Below are positions 1 through 7,941 of a stretch of DNA of 64,000 bases, piece after piece. The stretch's first letter is position 1, and each line of letters begins with the position of its first letter. The notes beneath the pieces were generated by a model that saw nothing but the letters and a program-made list of their open reading frames with translations, was not told the origin of the DNA and did not search any database. Position numbers and translations under genes: made by a program. The stretch comes from Minisyncoccota bacterium (GTDB lineage Bacteria; Patescibacteriota; Minisyncoccia; Phycocordibacterales; Phycocordibacteraceae): positions 221,830 through 285,829 of the forward strand of contig JALHOO010000001.1 of NCBI GenBank assembly GCA_022842945.1, written 5' to 3'.

Positions 1-275
1 ACATCGTCCCTGCCCTTTCCTTGGAGGAGGGGCGTGGGGCGTTCTCGCAGTTTGCTTCCGAAATCAAGGCAGTGGTTCTTGATGGAAGTCTCGGTAGTGG
101 AGAGTTCGGACACGTCCTGGCCAAGGAAATCCGTGACGCCGGCTATACCGGGCCCATGATTGCCTGTTCCTCTCTTGCGGCCTGTGCTACCGACCTTAGG
201 GAAGGCGGCTGCGACCATGCTGTTGGAAAGGGTGATCTTGGGAACTATCTGAAACGCTTGCTTTCAGTAGCGTGA
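1..275 (+). CDS. response regulator receiver domain protein, 5' partial (C-terminal part only)
   Basis: The ORF runs off the window start. VVLDGSLGSGEFGHVLAKEIR...PMIACSS...GGCDHAVGKGDL...LKRLL matches the phospho-Asp to C-terminal helix region of a CheY-like receiver. Confidence 0.45.
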   Translation, partial: IVPALSLEEGRGAFSQFASEIKAVVLDGSLGSGEFGHVLAKEIRDAGYTGPMIACSSLAACATDLREGGCDHAVGKGDLGNYLKRLLSVA

Positions 276-282
276 GACCAAC

Positions 283-325
283 CCACCGACGGATTACCCA
301 TCCGTTTTGGTGGGTTTTCTGTTTA
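283..325 (+). terminator. rho-independent terminator-like hairpin (CCCACCGACGG...CCGTTTTGGTGGG) plus T-rich tail
   Basis: Inverted repeat followed by TTTTCTGTTT, directly after the stop of the receiver ORF and directly before repeat A1. Confidence 0.4.
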
Positions 326-326
326 C

Positions 327-354
327 TGCTGGCAGTCTGGGACGATGTTGGAAC
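327..354 (+). repeat. A-type cassette repeat, copy A1 (tgctggcagtctgggacgatgttggaac)
   Basis: Exact consensus copy; direct repeat shared with 14 other loci in this window. Confidence 0.9.
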
Positions 355-358
355 CGCT

Positions 359-733
359 CTAGTCAGCCCTAACAACATAAAAGGCTAGAGCCCCTTCTTG
401 TTGTTCCTTCTCTTCGCTCCACCAGCTCCTCAATCCCGAAAGCAGTTCCTCCTTGTCTCCAAGCTGTGAGAGGTCTTCTTCAATGAGTACGAATAGATCA
501 TTGAATGTTGGAGCACGGTAGATTTTCTTAATCTTCACTACGACTTTGCGAGCATCTTGTTCAGGCTCTATCTGCCAACCCGTGAGGTCTTCCCAAAACT
601 CTATAAAGTCACCCTCGCTCAAATCCTTCCAGGCTTCCTGGTCAAGACGAAAGTCGATTGACTGGCCGCTTTGCACAAGTGCCTCAAACGGCTCAGTGGT
701 TAGCTGGATAGACTTCTTTATCTGCATATGCAA
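359..733 (-). CDS. hypothetical acidic protein (cassette gene, array I)
   Basis: 124-aa ORF bounded by repeats A1 and A2; rich in E, D and W; no recognisable catalytic motif. Confidence 0.45.
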   Translation of the reverse strand: MHMQIKKSIQLTTEPFEALVQSGQSIDFRLDQEAWKDLSEGDFIEFWEDLTGWQIEPEQDARKVVVKIKKIYRAPTFNDLFVLIEEDLSQLGDKEELLSGLRSWWSEEKEQQEGALAFYVVRAD

Positions 734-747
734 AGTGTACCAAGGAT

Positions 748-775
748 TGCTGGCTGTCTGGGACGATGTTGGAAC
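748..775 (+). repeat. A-type cassette repeat, copy A2 (tgctggcTgtctgggacgatgttggaac)
   Basis: One mismatch to consensus. Confidence 0.9.
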
Positions 776-983
776 CTATACTATCCACAACTCTCGAGCC
801 ACCTAATTGCTTGCCAGTATCTAAATGCTAGACTTTCCTTAAGAAAGAGCGGTGCTCCGCTCTTCTGCAAGGTCGGAGTTTTTGACACCGACGGCTTAAT
901 CTCGGTTGAGACGCTAGCACGACCTTGTGCCCTTTCTTTCGGTCCTGACTTCGGTCGGGGCCTTTTCCTATACTATCTACTGT

Positions 984-1006
984 TGCTGGCAGACCAGGTA
1001 TCGAAC
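984..1006 (+). repeat. B-type junction repeat, copy B1 (tgctggcagaccaggtatcgaac)
   Basis: Shares the left arm TTGCTGGCAG with the A repeat and has a different right arm. It lies 1 nt from the TAG stop of lexA (plus-strand CTA at 1008-1010). Confidence 0.85.
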
Positions 1007-1007
1007 C

Positions 1008-1706
1008 CTACCTCTGCGGCTCAAGCTCCGTATAATACTCAACCTTAATATCGTCCACCCACTCCGTTCCCGGAATGATAGAGAGCACTTTTCCAAATAC
1101 CCTCGAGTCCTCTTCCCGTACAACTATTGGATGATAGGTTCCGTACTTGTTCTCCGGGTTCAGATACACTACCTCGTCTACCCGTGAGAAGCGCTTAATA
1201 ACAGCCATGTTTCCAAGAATAGCCACCACACGGTCTCCGTTCTCTACCTGGTCTGTTACCTCAACGATAACGTAGTCGCCGCTATGAATACCTGCGTCCT
1301 GCATAGAGTCCCCAACCGCACGCACGGCAGCAATATTCGTGTAATCCTTACGTCCGCCAATAAGACTGCGGTCAACAACGATGTACTCCCCGAAGCTCTG
1401 CTCCGCGTACACGTCCATGGCGTCACACCCAGCCGACGCAATAACCGGCACCTGAATAAGGTCAGATGAGATCTGAGACTTAACCCCGTCAAGAATAGAA
1501 ATGCTTCGGTGCTGGAAGCGGTTGCGGGTAATGAGACCTTTTCTCTCAAGGCTCTCAAGACGCTGCGTAACACTGCGTAGAGACTTCAATTTAAGTGCTG
1601 TGCCGAGCTCCGTTATGGTTGGAGACTTTCCATTGGCATCCGTATGCTCCTGGATAACCGCTAAGGTTTCTTTCTGTGCTGGTGTGAGAGAAACGAGCTT
1701 GTTCAT
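1008..1706 (-). CDS. lexA: LexA-like transcriptional repressor (S24 peptidase) with C-terminal extension
   Basis: N-terminal winged HTH (ITELGTALKLKS...LERKGLI), catalytic AVGDSM serine motif and downstream Lys (VIKRF); 232 aa. Confidence 0.8.
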   Translation of the reverse strand: MNKLVSLTPAQKETLAVIQEHTDANGKSPTITELGTALKLKSLRSVTQRLESLERKGLITRNRFQHRSISILDGVKSQISSDLIQVPVIASAGCDAMDVYAEQSFGEYIVVDRSLIGGRKDYTNIAAVRAVGDSMQDAGIHSGDYVIVEVTDQVENGDRVVAILGNMAVIKRFSRVDEVVYLNPENKYGTYHPIVVREEDSRVFGKVLSIIPGTEWVDDIKVEYYTELEPQR

Positions 1707-1793
1707 CCGTCAATCGTACACCCGAGCTGGTGGTGCGCCTATACACAACATCTGTAGTTTTCCACACAACATACACAAGTTTACGTTCTCCCT

Positions 1794-2369
1794 CTAATAC
1801 TCAATCGTAAGCGGGAACGATATCAAACGTGCGTTCTCAACCATACCTGACGGATTGTCGTTCATAAGCACAAGCACCGCTTCTCCGATGAAGCTCTCAG
1901 GAACGGTGATGGTTGAGGAAAATGGTACGAAGTCCTCCGTCATCCAGTCAGCACCTCCAACCGGCTGCCCTATACCTGTTGCGATAACGGTACCCATGGT
2001 ATCACGCACCTCAATCGGGAACGATGCTTCAAAGTACCAGGTGCCTCTCGCCTCCCCCATAACCGTTAGCGTTTTTCCAACAACAGAGCCCGGTGTTGGG
2101 TTCGTAAGCCGAATCAGATCTGCTGATGCGTTTACGTAGGTTGGCTCTGGAGCCGGGAGCTCCTCAACATAGAGTCTGCTGTCTGGGGTACGGCATTGCC
2201 GCGGGTAGCTTTCCATAACCGGGTATCCTGCTGCCTCACAGTCTAGAAACGAAAGCACTATCGGTTCCTCAGACACAGCCTGCGGACGCATGAAGAGATA
2301 GACCGAAAGCGCCACACCTCCAACAAGAAGGAGGATCAGGATAAGGAGTGGAAGCGGTTTAAGTGCCAT
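1794..2369 (-). CDS. secreted or membrane-anchored hypothetical protein (Ig-like/Gmad2-like)
   Basis: N-terminal hydrophobic signal anchor (LPLLILILLLVGGVALSVYLF); beta-rich remainder. Confidence 0.45.
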   Translation of the reverse strand: MALKPLPLLILILLLVGGVALSVYLFMRPQAVSEEPIVLSFLDCEAAGYPVMESYPRQCRTPDSRLYVEELPAPEPTYVNASADLIRLTNPTPGSVVGKTLTVMGEARGTWYFEASFPIEVRDTMGTVIATGIGQPVGGADWMTEDFVPFSSTITVPESFIGEAVLVLMNDNPSGMVENARLISFPLTIEY

Positions 2370-2374
2370 AGGTA

Positions 2375-2860
2375 TTAGAGATAACTATCAAAGTAAATTG
2401 CGTGGCAGGTATACCCTCCTGGATTCTTCTGGAGATAATCCTGATGGTGTGCCTCTGCCGGATAGAACACGGTGAACGGTTCGAGGGTTGTAACAACCGG
2501 AGAAGGCCATCGCCCAGACTCGTTAACGATACGTATCATGTCCTCCGCCACCTGTTTCTCCTCAGGGTTTCTGAAGAAGATAGCAGACCGGTACGAGGTA
2601 CCCATGTCGTTGCCTTGCTGGTTTACGGTTGTGGGGTTGTGTACCTGGAAGAAGAAGTTCAGAAGCTCCTTGTATGAGATCTTCTCGGTGTCATAGGTAA
2701 CTTCAAGAGCCTCTGCGTGTCCGGGATGGTTCTCATACGTTGGGTCCTCGTTCTCCCCTCCGGTATACCCCGCCTCAGTCTCAAGCACACCCGGAAGGGT
2801 GCGTACAAGCTCCTCAAGTCCCCAGAAGCATCCGCCCGCGAGATACGCTTTCTCAGTCAT
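2375..2860 (-). CDS. msrA: peptide methionine sulfoxide reductase MsrA
   Basis: Active-site GCFWG motif (AGGCFWGLEEL); length 161 aa. Confidence 0.85.
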   Translation of the reverse strand: MTEKAYLAGGCFWGLEELVRTLPGVLETEAGYTGGENEDPTYENHPGHAEALEVTYDTEKISYKELLNFFFQVHNPTTVNQQGNDMGTSYRSAIFFRNPEEKQVAEDMIRIVNESGRWPSPVVTTLEPFTVFYPAEAHHQDYLQKNPGGYTCHAIYFDSYL

Positions 2861-3183
2861 TAGGAGTTTCGGATATCAAGCACGGGAGACACTGGCTCCT
2901 CTATAACTACAGACGGCATAGACTGTGCACGAGCAAGATCCTCTGCAAGCTTCTTATTCTCCTTCTTAAGGCTCATGAGACGGAATCCGTCCTTAACCGC
3001 AGACGGAATAGATACAAGCAAACTTACGATTATGCCCACGGCAAACGCAATAAGGATGAGCAGTGCGAGGGAGCTTTCAAACTGCCAGCCGAGGAACGTA
3101 AGCGACACAACGGCGGTGTTCTGAAGCGCGAATAAGAGTGCGGCAACGCCGAGTAAGAAGCCAAGAATGAGGGATATGATCAT
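2860..3183 (-). CDS. small membrane protein, DUF1049/LapA-like
   Basis: Two TM helices followed by a KKENKKLAEDLARAQ coiled tail. The start is taken at the internal Met (MIISLILGF); the ORF-track extension to 3306 overlaps the trhO end. Confidence 0.4.
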   Translation of the reverse strand: MIISLILGFLLGVAALLFALQNTAVVSLTFLGWQFESSLALLILIAFAVGIIVSLLVSIPSAVKDGFRLMSLKKENKKLAEDLARAQSMPSVVIEEPVSPVLDIRNS

Positions 3184-3226
3184 GGGACCAGTATACCTTT
3201 TTAGTTCATGAAGATTGTATGTGGCC

Positions 3227-4084
3227 CTAGCAAACCGTTGAGCAGAAGACGCTTCTATTTCCGCTACAGCCTTCGCAAACGAGGAAATGCAGATGGCAGA
3301 AATCATTCGCGCAGTTCACGTACTTCTCTGTGGGAGAGCTACAGAAATGGCAGGTGCCAATGATTTCGCGTTCCCCGCCAAAGTGCATGGTCTTGCGGTC
3401 GTCAAAGGTGTAGAGAGACCCAAGGAAGTCTTTCCCTGGATACTTTTCCATGTACCCATGTATCCCGTTATCAAGCTGGTACACATCGTTGAAACCGTTC
3501 TCAAGCAGAAACGCAGACATCTTCTCGCAACGGACTCCCCCGGTGCATACCGTGAGCACCGTCTTGTCTTTGAGGTTCTCAAGCTTAGGGAGTGCCTCCG
3601 GCAAGTCGCGAGAGTTTTCGAGTCCGGGGTTAATGGAATCCTTAAAGTGCCCAGAGCGATATTCGTAATCGTTACGCATATCAACCACCACAAAGTCCTT
3701 CCCGCCCTCATACCACTCACGCAGTGTTTCAGGTGCCAGGTACTTGCCGGTGCGTTTGGTTGGATCTACGGACGCCGGAAACCTCGTCCCTACAATCTCT
3801 TCGCGCACCTTAACCGAGAGCTTTGGAAACGCTCTCCCAGTGCCTGCACTTCGTTTTATGCGCATATCGCTAAAGCGTTCGTCCTGAAGCAGTTCTTCAG
3901 CAAAAGCTTCGGTATCCTCCACACTTCCCTCAAGCGTGCCGTTAATGCCCTCTCCCGCCACAAGAATGCGCCCTACAAGGGTATGTTCCTTGGCTTGTGC
4001 CCGAAGACGCGCAGAAAGCGCCTCTGGATCCTCTACGGATACATACTTATAAAACAGGATTATTTGCGGGGTTATGGTCTCCAT
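3227..4084 (-). CDS. trhO: rhodanese-domain tRNA U34 hydroxylase TrhO/YceA family
   Basis: UPF0176 N-terminal region (ILFYKY...), rhodanese active-site loop CTGGVRCEK and C-terminal Cys-rich tail. Confidence 0.65.
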   Translation of the reverse strand: METITPQIILFYKYVSVEDPEALSARLRAQAKEHTLVGRILVAGEGINGTLEGSVEDTEAFAEELLQDERFSDMRIKRSAGTGRAFPKLSVKVREEIVGTRFPASVDPTKRTGKYLAPETLREWYEGGKDFVVVDMRNDYEYRSGHFKDSINPGLENSRDLPEALPKLENLKDKTVLTVCTGGVRCEKMSAFLLENGFNDVYQLDNGIHGYMEKYPGKDFLGSLYTFDDRKTMHFGGEREIIGTCHFCSSPTEKYVNCANDFCHLHFLVCEGCSGNRSVFCSTVC

Positions 4085-4164
4085 ATACTCTCTTTACCCT
4101 ACAACATCCTCTACATACGAGAAAGGGTCCAGCAGAGAGCTGGACCCTTTGGTCTCTATGGAGC

Positions 4165-5247
4165 TTAACGCGTTAGGGTCCAGGTTGTTCCCTGAATCGG
4201 GAAGGTGCTTGGAACGCTTGCGCCGGTTGTTGCTGATACCACATCGAGCATAAGCGTCTGTCCTGCATAGTTTCCGCTCATACCATTCAAGAGGACTTTA
4301 ATGGAGTAGATACGAATCTGTCCGGGTGGCACAACCGCTGGAAGCGGCACGTACATAAGACCGTTCTTGAAGAGACCAGCTCCATACGTGGTGTAGCGAG
4401 AACCTCCCTTGTCGTCATTTGTTGAAACACTCACAACTGCATCTGTTGAAGCAGAACCGTTCTGCTTCAGAGTAAAGCCGTCGATGTGTGCCGGCTTGTT
4501 GCTCGTGTTCACAACCTTAATGTAGGCAACAGGTATAGAGGCTCCTGGTGCAGCATTCCCTCCTGAAAGAAGTGGAAGCGCACTCATAACAAGGGTACCG
4601 CCCTTAACCGAGGCTGAGGACGGGACACCGTCTCCAACAATAAGGGTGCCTTCTCCAATAGCATCAATCTCTGCTCCCTTCTCGCCGAAGAGGGTTACGT
4701 CGTACGCACCGTCCTTAAGACTCTTTGTTACGCGCACATCCCATTCACCGCTACGCACACGCGTAACCCTGCTCTTGAACGCGAGCTTCCCATTCTCGTC
4801 CCTAATCTCAAGACGCACGGACCTCGTGTCCGTGGCTTCCCCTGAGATGGTTGGTTTTGGGTGCTCTGTAACGAGCGTGTCCTTGTTAAAAGACGCATCA
4901 ACAACCACGAGCTCTACACCGCAGTCTGCTTTGCGGCTGCCGTTTGTGAAGCGGTAGGAATATTCCGTGTCTTTGGTTGGAGAGACGGTTATAGAGTCTT
5001 CGAGATCAATCTCGTCCTTGTCGATATCAATGGCTTCCTTTGCGTTTACTCCTTTCCATTCGATAGTAACCTCGTCTCCCTTTTGAACGAGTACTTCTTC
5101 GGTCCCTTTAAACGTTGCAGAGTCGTAGGGTGTGGTAACGGTAAGCTCGCAGGAGACTCTCGAACTTGCCGCAGAAGCGCTGTTCGGGATGATGGCGAGT
5201 GCGCCAACTATGAAGACGCTGAGCGTCAGAGTGCGTAGTAAGGACAT
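4165..5247 (-). CDS. secreted beta-rich hypothetical protein
   Basis: Signal peptide MSLLRTLTLSVFIVGALAIIPNSASA; 360 aa; no catalytic motif recognised. Confidence 0.5.
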   Translation of the reverse strand: MSLLRTLTLSVFIVGALAIIPNSASAASSRVSCELTVTTPYDSATFKGTEEVLVQKGDEVTIEWKGVNAKEAIDIDKDEIDLEDSITVSPTKDTEYSYRFTNGSRKADCGVELVVVDASFNKDTLVTEHPKPTISGEATDTRSVRLEIRDENGKLAFKSRVTRVRSGEWDVRVTKSLKDGAYDVTLFGEKGAEIDAIGEGTLIVGDGVPSSASVKGGTLVMSALPLLSGGNAAPGASIPVAYIKVVNTSNKPAHIDGFTLKQNGSASTDAVVSVSTNDDKGGSRYTTYGAGLFKNGLMYVPLPAVVPPGQIRIYSIKVLLNGMSGNYAGQTLMLDVVSATTGASVPSTFPIQGTTWTLTR

Positions 5248-5391
5248 AGGTACAAATCTGAATTATCGAAGTAACTGTAGTAAACCGTAGCACGATATGA
5301 AGTATGAAGAGGATGGTGCTTCATGAAGTCTGCAACGCAAAACTCCTGAAGCATGGGCTTCAGGAGTTAAGACGGTATACCCCAAGGGGTC

Positions 5392-5628
5392 TTACGTGCC
5401 TGAGACCCTGTCACCGATGATTGCTTCGTCTGCAGTAGTCTCGATGAGCATCACACCGCTACGTGGGTGAATGCTTGGTGCGGTGTTAATTGCAGAAGAC
5501 GGGGTTGCCGCTTCTGTAGTCATAACCTCACCAGATACGTTTACGTATGCGTAGGTAGCGGCAAGCGTCACTCCTGGGATGGCGACGATCGCTGCTAGAG
5601 CGAATGCACCGACAAGTAGCTTTTTCAT
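5392..5628 (-). CDS. small secreted hypothetical protein
   Basis: Internal Met start gives MKKLLVGAFALAAIVAIPGVTLA signal peptide. A downstream hairpin plus T-tract on the minus strand (5330-5360) looks like its terminator. Confidence 0.4.
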   Translation of the reverse strand: MKKLLVGAFALAAIVAIPGVTLAATYAYVNVSGEVMTTEAATPSSAINTAPSIHPRSGVMLIETTADEAIIGDRVSGT

Positions 5629-5729
5629 ATCAACGAATGTTTTAGTTAATCTGTTAGTACGTGCTACTAACCATAGATGCATCCTACCTGCTACCCTATG
5701 AAGCCAACGTGAAGGCTTCATACTGCGTA

Positions 5730-5978
5730 CTACGATGCTCCCCCTTCGAGATGTCTGGTGAAGTGCTGCTTTATGGTGTTGTCGAGTGCTTTGCTGAATT
5801 CAATAGCGTGCTTTGGGGAGAGAACAATCTCAGAAACCAGTTGACCTGCGGTTGTGTTTGGGCGCACATATGCGAACTGGATGATAACTGAATCGTCTGA
5901 CACCGTTACCTGTGTAGCGTTTACGAATGTTGCGAGTGTGTTTGCGGGAGCCGTTATAGCAATCTGTTTCTTTTCCAT
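5730..5978 (-). CDS. hypothetical protein
   Basis: 82-aa ORF; compact, same strand as its neighbours. Confidence 0.35.
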   Translation of the reverse strand: MEKKQIAITAPANTLATFVNATQVTVSDDSVIIQFAYVRPNTTAGQLVSEIVLSPKHAIEFSKALDNTIKQHFTRHLEGGAS

Positions 5979-5981
5979 AGG

Positions 5982-6212
5982 TTATGAGAATACGGCCTGA
6001 ACCTTTTCAATAAGCTCTGCAATGAATGCGGTTATAATTTCCCATCCGTCCTTTATGTAGGTCCAGACGAACGTGAAGTTGTCCTCTCCTGTAGGAGACT
6101 GAGCAATATCCCGGATAGATATACCAAAGTAGGACAAAGCCAGAATAAGGATAATAACGAGAAGGATGAAGCGTACCATGGGGTTTAGTATACTAGCCCG
6201 AATGCCTTCCAA
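5982..6212 (-). CDS. small membrane protein (likely start at internal Met, about 66 aa)
   Basis: Hydrophobic helix MVRFILLVIILILALSYFGI. Confidence 0.3.
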   Translation of the reverse strand: MEGIRASILNPMVRFILLVIILILALSYFGISIRDIAQSPTGEDNFTFVWTYIKDGWEIITAFIAELIEKVQAVFS

Positions 6213-6855
6213 AAAGCCGCTAGAGGATACGCGCGTGGAGATTGCCCTCCTTCATCTGAAGAAGGTGGACGGTCTGCTGTACCAGAAAGCTCTCTTGGTT
6301 CAGGATCACCTTGCTTCTCGTAAGGCCTCAAAGCGCCGCTACTCAAGCCAGAAACTGTTCGCGTCCCTTGCAGCAAGTGTCACCAGCCAGCAGCTCTCCA
6401 TAAAAGCCGCCGATACTATATGGAGCAGACTTGAGCTTGCCTGCGGCGGCGAGGTTACGCCAGAAGCAATCAAGAGATTCCGAATCCCAACTCTCCGAAA
6501 AGCAGGACTCTCTGCTGCAAAGGTAAAGACGTTGAAGGAACTTTCTAAAGCGGTACTCTCCGGAGAGTTGAACCTCCCTGCTCTCAAGAAGTTGCCTGAA
6601 GAGGAAGCCATAGAGAAGCTCTCGAGTGTCTGGGGTATTGGACGCTGGACCGCAGAGATGTTTCTCATGTTTGCGCTTGAGCGAGAGGATGTGTTCTCTC
6701 CGGGAGACTTGGGTCTTCGCCGCTCCATAGAAACCCTCTACAGTCTCCCCAAGGACGTACATGTACGAGAGATTGAGGCTATAGCACAAGTCTGGTCTCC
6801 GCATCGAACCTTCGCGTCGAGAGTGTTGTGGAGGATTCGGGATGTGCAGGGTTAG
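6166..6855 (+). CDS. HhH-GPD family DNA glycosylase (AlkA/3-methyladenine glycosylase II-like)
   Basis: Helix-hairpin-helix GIGRWTAEMFLMFAL followed by the catalytic Asp region (DVFSPGD); start possibly at 6202. Confidence 0.6.
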   Translation: MKRTMGFSILARMPSKKPLEDTRVEIALLHLKKVDGLLYQKALLVQDHLASRKASKRRYSSQKLFASLAASVTSQQLSIKAADTIWSRLELACGGEVTPEAIKRFRIPTLRKAGLSAAKVKTLKELSKAVLSGELNLPALKKLPEEEAIEKLSSVWGIGRWTAEMFLMFALEREDVFSPGDLGLRRSIETLYSLPKDVHVREIEAIAQVWSPHRTFASRVLWRIRDVQG

Positions 6856-6910
6856 AGATACCTACACTTTACAAAACTATAAATATAGTGTATTATATTT
6901 ATAGGCAACG

Positions 6911-7342
6911 ATGCCCGGGCAGGAATGCCCTCAATCACCCGGAAGGGTCCTAGGAATAGGAGAAGGTACCTTGAATAACGTTCAGAGACTGATGGTTGGC
7001 AGTGCGAATCTCAATCAGATGCGTGCCGAAATCAAGATGGTAGTGAGTACGGTGGCGTCCATGATTAACGCCAATACGGGAACGCATTCCCAAAACAAGT
7101 CGGGCGTTTACTGGATCATCGACACCAAGCGCTTCACCCGGATCTACTGCCGCGATTCTGAGGAGGTGTCGCGGCGAGACTACATGCTCTACTGCTCCTC
7201 CCAGAAGAGCGACAAGGAGATGAGTCTCATCGACGTTGTCGAGGCACATCAGAGCCTCGAAGGATTCCTGGAATGGGCCATGGACCTCTACCCCGAACTT
7301 CGCGCGCAGTTGAAACCAATCTTTGAGGCCGCCGAGCTCTAA
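6911..7342 (+). CDS. hypothetical protein (outermost gene of array II)
   Basis: 143-aa ORF followed by a terminator hairpin and then repeat A4. Confidence 0.4.
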   Translation: MPGQECPQSPGRVLGIGEGTLNNVQRLMVGSANLNQMRAEIKMVVSTVASMINANTGTHSQNKSGVYWIIDTKRFTRIYCRDSEEVSRRDYMLYCSSQKSDKEMSLIDVVEAHQSLEGFLEWAMDLYPELRAQLKPIFEAAEL

Positions 7343-7354
7343 CGCTCGAAAGCC

Positions 7355-7400
7355 CCGATAGGAGAGCCTCGTCGCTCTCTATGTCGGGGCTTTTCTATTT
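7355..7400 (+). terminator. rho-independent terminator (AGCCCCGAT...ATGTCGGGGCTTTTCTATTT)
   Basis: GC stem plus T-tract right after the stop of the 6911..7342 ORF. Confidence 0.5.
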
Positions 7401-7414
7401 ACATACCAAGAGTT

Positions 7415-7442
7415 TGCTGGCTGTCTGGGACGATGTTGGAAC
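7415..7442 (+). repeat. A-type cassette repeat, copy A4 (tgctggcTgtctgggacgatgttggaac)
   Basis: One mismatch; same variant as A2. Confidence 0.9.
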
Positions 7443-7463
7443 CATATTGCTCAGCTATTGACA

Positions 7464-7495
7464 AGTACTATATATGTGTAATATAGTTATCCCAG
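7464..7495 (+). promoter_or_regulatory. sigma-70-like promoter TTGACA-N17-TATAGT
   Basis: ttgacaagtactatatatgtgtaatatagt, followed by an AAGGAGAG RBS 5 nt before the ATG at 7520. Confidence 0.5.
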
Positions 7496-7519
7496 CTCAT
7501 TTCAACAAAGGAGAGCACC

Positions 7520-7798
7520 ATGTCTGAGGCCCCTGAGGATAAAAAGGTGTTGGTCGGCGAGCGACTCATCCAAGCTCTGCTGTCCCCGGATTACTTTGAA
7601 TTAGTCCTCGACATCTTCAAGGACAGCACGAGCGTTGCGAGCATTGTCGACGTCTTCGACTGTACGGATTATTCCGATCTCGTCAAAGAGGTCTTCGGCA
7701 ATCTGACCAATGAAGAGGTCAAAGATCTTTTCCGGCCTGCACTTCCCGACGCGCTCCGCCGGTTCCTCGGCGCTCAAAGCGTCATCATCACCTGGTGA
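7520..7798 (+). CDS. hypothetical acidic small protein (cassette gene, array II)
   Basis: Own promoter, strong RBS and ATG; 92 aa; terminator downstream; flanked by repeats A4 and A5. Confidence 0.55.
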   Translation: MSEAPEDKKVLVGERLIQALLSPDYFELVLDIFKDSTSVASIVDVFDCTDYSDLVKEVFGNLTNEEVKDLFRPALPDALRRFLGAQSVIITW

Positions 7799-7802
7799 AC
7801 CC

Positions 7803-7860
7803 GTCCCTTCGTCAAACGAAAACCAAACCTTCGTTTCGGCGGAGGGGCGGTTTTCTTTTA
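7803..7860 (+). terminator. terminator hairpins with T-tract (AAACGAA..TTCGTTT and GGCGGAGGGGCGGTTTTCTTTT)
   Basis: Inverted repeats plus TTTTCTTTT immediately before repeat A5. Confidence 0.45.
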
Positions 7861-7869
7861 TCCAAATAT

Positions 7870-7897
7870 TGCTGGGGGTCTGGGACGATGTTGGAAC
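7870..7897 (+). repeat. A-type cassette repeat, copy A5 (tgctggGGgtctgggacgatgttggaac)
   Basis: CA to GG variant, also seen in A17. Confidence 0.9.
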
Positions 7898-7941
7898 CTT
7901 TATGCAATCTATGTTAGGTTCTGTCTAGAAGGAGTTTTGCA

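Noticed and set aside
327-354. Classical integron attC (GTTRRRY / RYYYAAC cores)
   Set aside because: GTTGGAAC and its complement GTTCCAAC do not fit the R'/R'' consensus, and the repeat lacks the imperfect-palindrome L/R box organisation. I retained integron-like as an analogy only.
546-806. ORF-track ORFs containing the peptide LAVWDDVGT or similar (546..806, 7710..7928, the N-terminus of 50436..50654, the N-terminus of 51528..51917, 51902..52168, 13419..13727 and others)
   Set aside because: The motif is simply the translation of the conserved repeat (CTGGGACGATGTTGGAAC gives WDDVG). These ORFs span repeat boundaries and lack RBS or start context. I re-delimited real starts downstream of the repeats where an RBS was present.
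984-1045. B-type repeat as the 3' end of a tRNA or tmRNA-like gene (GGTTCGATACC on the minus strand resembles a T-loop)
   Set aside because: No consistent acceptor or T-stem pairing could be built for any of the four copies. The sequence lies inside or adjacent to protein-coding stops, and only partial T-loop resemblance exists.
1707-1793. Canonical E. coli-type SOS box (CTGT-N8-ACAG) or Cheo box upstream of lexA
   Set aside because: No exact match. Only direct ACACAACAT repeats are visible, so I reported these as a low-interest candidate instead.
3287-4168. 293-aa plus-strand ORF antisense to trhO, and similar antisense ORFs throughout (e.g. 11421..11993, 16710..17096, 20601..21263, 36593..37495)
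   Set aside because: They are fully nested opposite well-supported genes, lack RBSs, and have low-complexity composition. These are typical shadow ORFs.
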